Source of the DNA: Chiloscyllium plagiosum | Taxonomy: Eukaryota | Direction: 5' to 3' | Length of the DNA: 64,000 bases | Assembly: GCF_004010195.1 (NCBI RefSeq) | Contig: NC_057720.1 | Location: 6,104,841 to 6,168,840, forward strand | Shown: positions 62,378 through 64,000 of the stretch, piece after piece | How positions within the stretch are numbered: position 1 is the first letter of the stretch | Layout of the letters: each line of letters opens with the position of its first letter | Position numbers and translations under genes: made by a program | Notes under the pieces: generated by a model | The model's input: only the letters and a program-made list of their open reading frames with translations | What the model was told of the DNA's origin: nothing | Databases searched by the model: none

Positions 62378-62420
62378 TCAGCTCTGATGAAGGGTCAGCT
62401 AGACTCGAAACGTTACCTTG
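62378..62420 (+). ncRNA. Putative minimal hammerhead ribozyme (family D)
   Basis: CAGCT-CTGATGA-A-GGGTC-AGCTA-GACTC-GAAA-CGTTA; TATAAA about 35 nt upstream. Confidence 0.6.
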
Positions 62421-62984
62421 CTCTCTCTCTCTCTCTCTCTGTGGTTGCTGCCTCATTTCTACCGTGTGTCTTTTTTAGTCCTTAACCCAAAGGTACTGCT
62501 GAAGACAAGAACAAAGAGGTGACACAAGTCCATTTCCCTGATACAGGATACTGATGAACTACTTAGATCCAATATCATATGTACCTATCACAGAACAGAT
62601 GGCTTTCCTCACCTCAGTAGGAAACAATTCAATTCATGAATATGCAGTTGTTTTATAATCCTTCGCGTGCCATGACTTATTTATATGCAGATTACCTGTG
62701 CCCCAGGCATGACACTTCCCTTGTCTCAATCCTCTTTGTCCAGAATGTTTCAGAGATGCATGGTGGTTGGAAGATAAACTCAAGGCATTAACTTGCTGCT
62801 AATGACTCCACTACTGCAGATAATTCACCAGGTTCTAATGAATACATATAATTAGTAATGTGAAACTACAAATTCAAAGGCACTGCGAATTGGAGACTCA
62901 CTCCTTAAACCACTCCATCTCCTTTTCATTCTTTAAAATTTCTTAAAATGAACCTCTTTGATTCAGCTTTCCTTCACATGTGAA

Positions 62985-63980
62985 TGCTTCCAACCTCATT
63001 GTCTGTGCACCCCAGACCGCCCGATTCTATCTCCTACTGAAGATTCACTAACCTGACTTCCCTGGTCAACCCATTGTCTCAGCCTGCTCCTGTCCCACTG
63101 AACTCACCTCTGTATACCTTGACAATGTTTCCCTTAGTCCAGAAACTCCCTACCTATGTTTGGGACATCACCAACACCCTTCACCTCTTCAAAGATTTTT
63201 GTTTCCCTGGCTCCCACCGCCTCATCTTCACCATGTATATCCAGTCCCTTTTCACATCCATCGTCCATGAAGTCGGCCTCCAAGCCCTCCATTTCTCCCT
63301 CTCATGCTGTCCCAACCAGTACCCTTCCACCGACACCCTTATCCCCCTGGCTGAACTGGTCCTCACCCTCAACAATTTCTCTTACCAATCCTCCCACTTC
63401 CTCCAAACCAAAGGGATAGCCATGGGCACCCACATGGGCCCCAGCTATGCCCGTCTCTTTGTCAGGTACGTGGGACATTCTATCTTCCATAGTTACACCC
63501 GCACCATTAACACCTTTCACCCTGACCTCAAATGTACCTGGACCATCTCGGACACCTCACTCCCCTTCCTGGACCTCTCCACCTCCATCTCCATCTCTGG
63601 TGACTGACTAACCACAGACATCTACTACAAGCCCACCAATTCCCACAGCTACCTAGACTACACATCCTCCCACCCTATATCCTGTAAAAACACCATCCCT
63701 TATTCCCAATTCCTCCGTCTCCATGCATCTGTTCCCAGGATGACCAATTCGACCTCAGAAAGTCCCAGATGGCCTCTTTCTTCCAAGATCAAAATTTCCC
63801 TTCCCACGTGGTTGACGATGTCCTCCAGACAATCTCCTCACACCTCCGCCCTTGAACCCCACCTCTCCCAATGCAACAAGGACAGAGCCCCCCGGTCCTC
63901 ACCTTCCACTCCACCAACTTCCACATACATCGCATCATCTTCTGTTACTTCCACCACCTACAAATGGACCCACCACCAAA
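62985..63980 (+). mobile_element. Penelope-like element, decayed RT region
   Basis: ARFYLLLKIH, GQPIVSACSCPTE, LPTYVWD, IFTMYIQSLFTSI, LVLTLNNFS...FLQTKGIAMGTHMGPSYARLFV, SLPFLDL, IYYKPT, IPYSQFLR. Confidence 0.92.
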
Positions 63981-64000
63981 TATATTTATATATTTTTCCC

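Noticed and set aside
129..63607. Numerous 60-240 aa ORFs as host genes
   Set aside because: They are TE fragments, antisense frames of TEs, microsatellite translations or short ORFs without recognisable motifs; I could not build a coherent exon chain.

Overview
Eukaryotic, repeat-dominated DNA, almost certainly from a cartilaginous fish. This is inferred from many HE1-type V-SINEs and CR1 LINEs; a shark such as a bamboo shark is plausible but not provable here. I found no intact host protein-coding gene or RNA gene, and nearly all listed ORFs are transposon fragments or their antisense shadows. Main content: (1) a decayed full-length Gypsy LTR retrotransposon (10376-18080) with the unusual Gmr1-like order gag(SCAN-like, CCHC)-PR-IN-RT-RNaseH and two nested CR1 insertions; (2) about 25 CR1 LINE fragments, one about 2.8 kb; (3) about 8 HE1 SINEs plus older Deu-domain-like SINE remnants; (4) Penelope-like element (PLE) remnants: N-terminus, RT and GIY-YIG; (5) two solo LTRs and a 771-bp Tigger/pogo-like MITE. 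The most interesting signal is a set of short PLE-terminus units with minimal hammerhead-ribozyme motifs (CTGANGA-stem II-GAAA-palindromic stem III) in about four sequence families. Many are head-to-head palindromes, and five are flanked by 10-15 bp target-site duplications, suggesting they were mobilised as small independent units. Coordinates were read by eye, and old-repeat boundaries are approximate.
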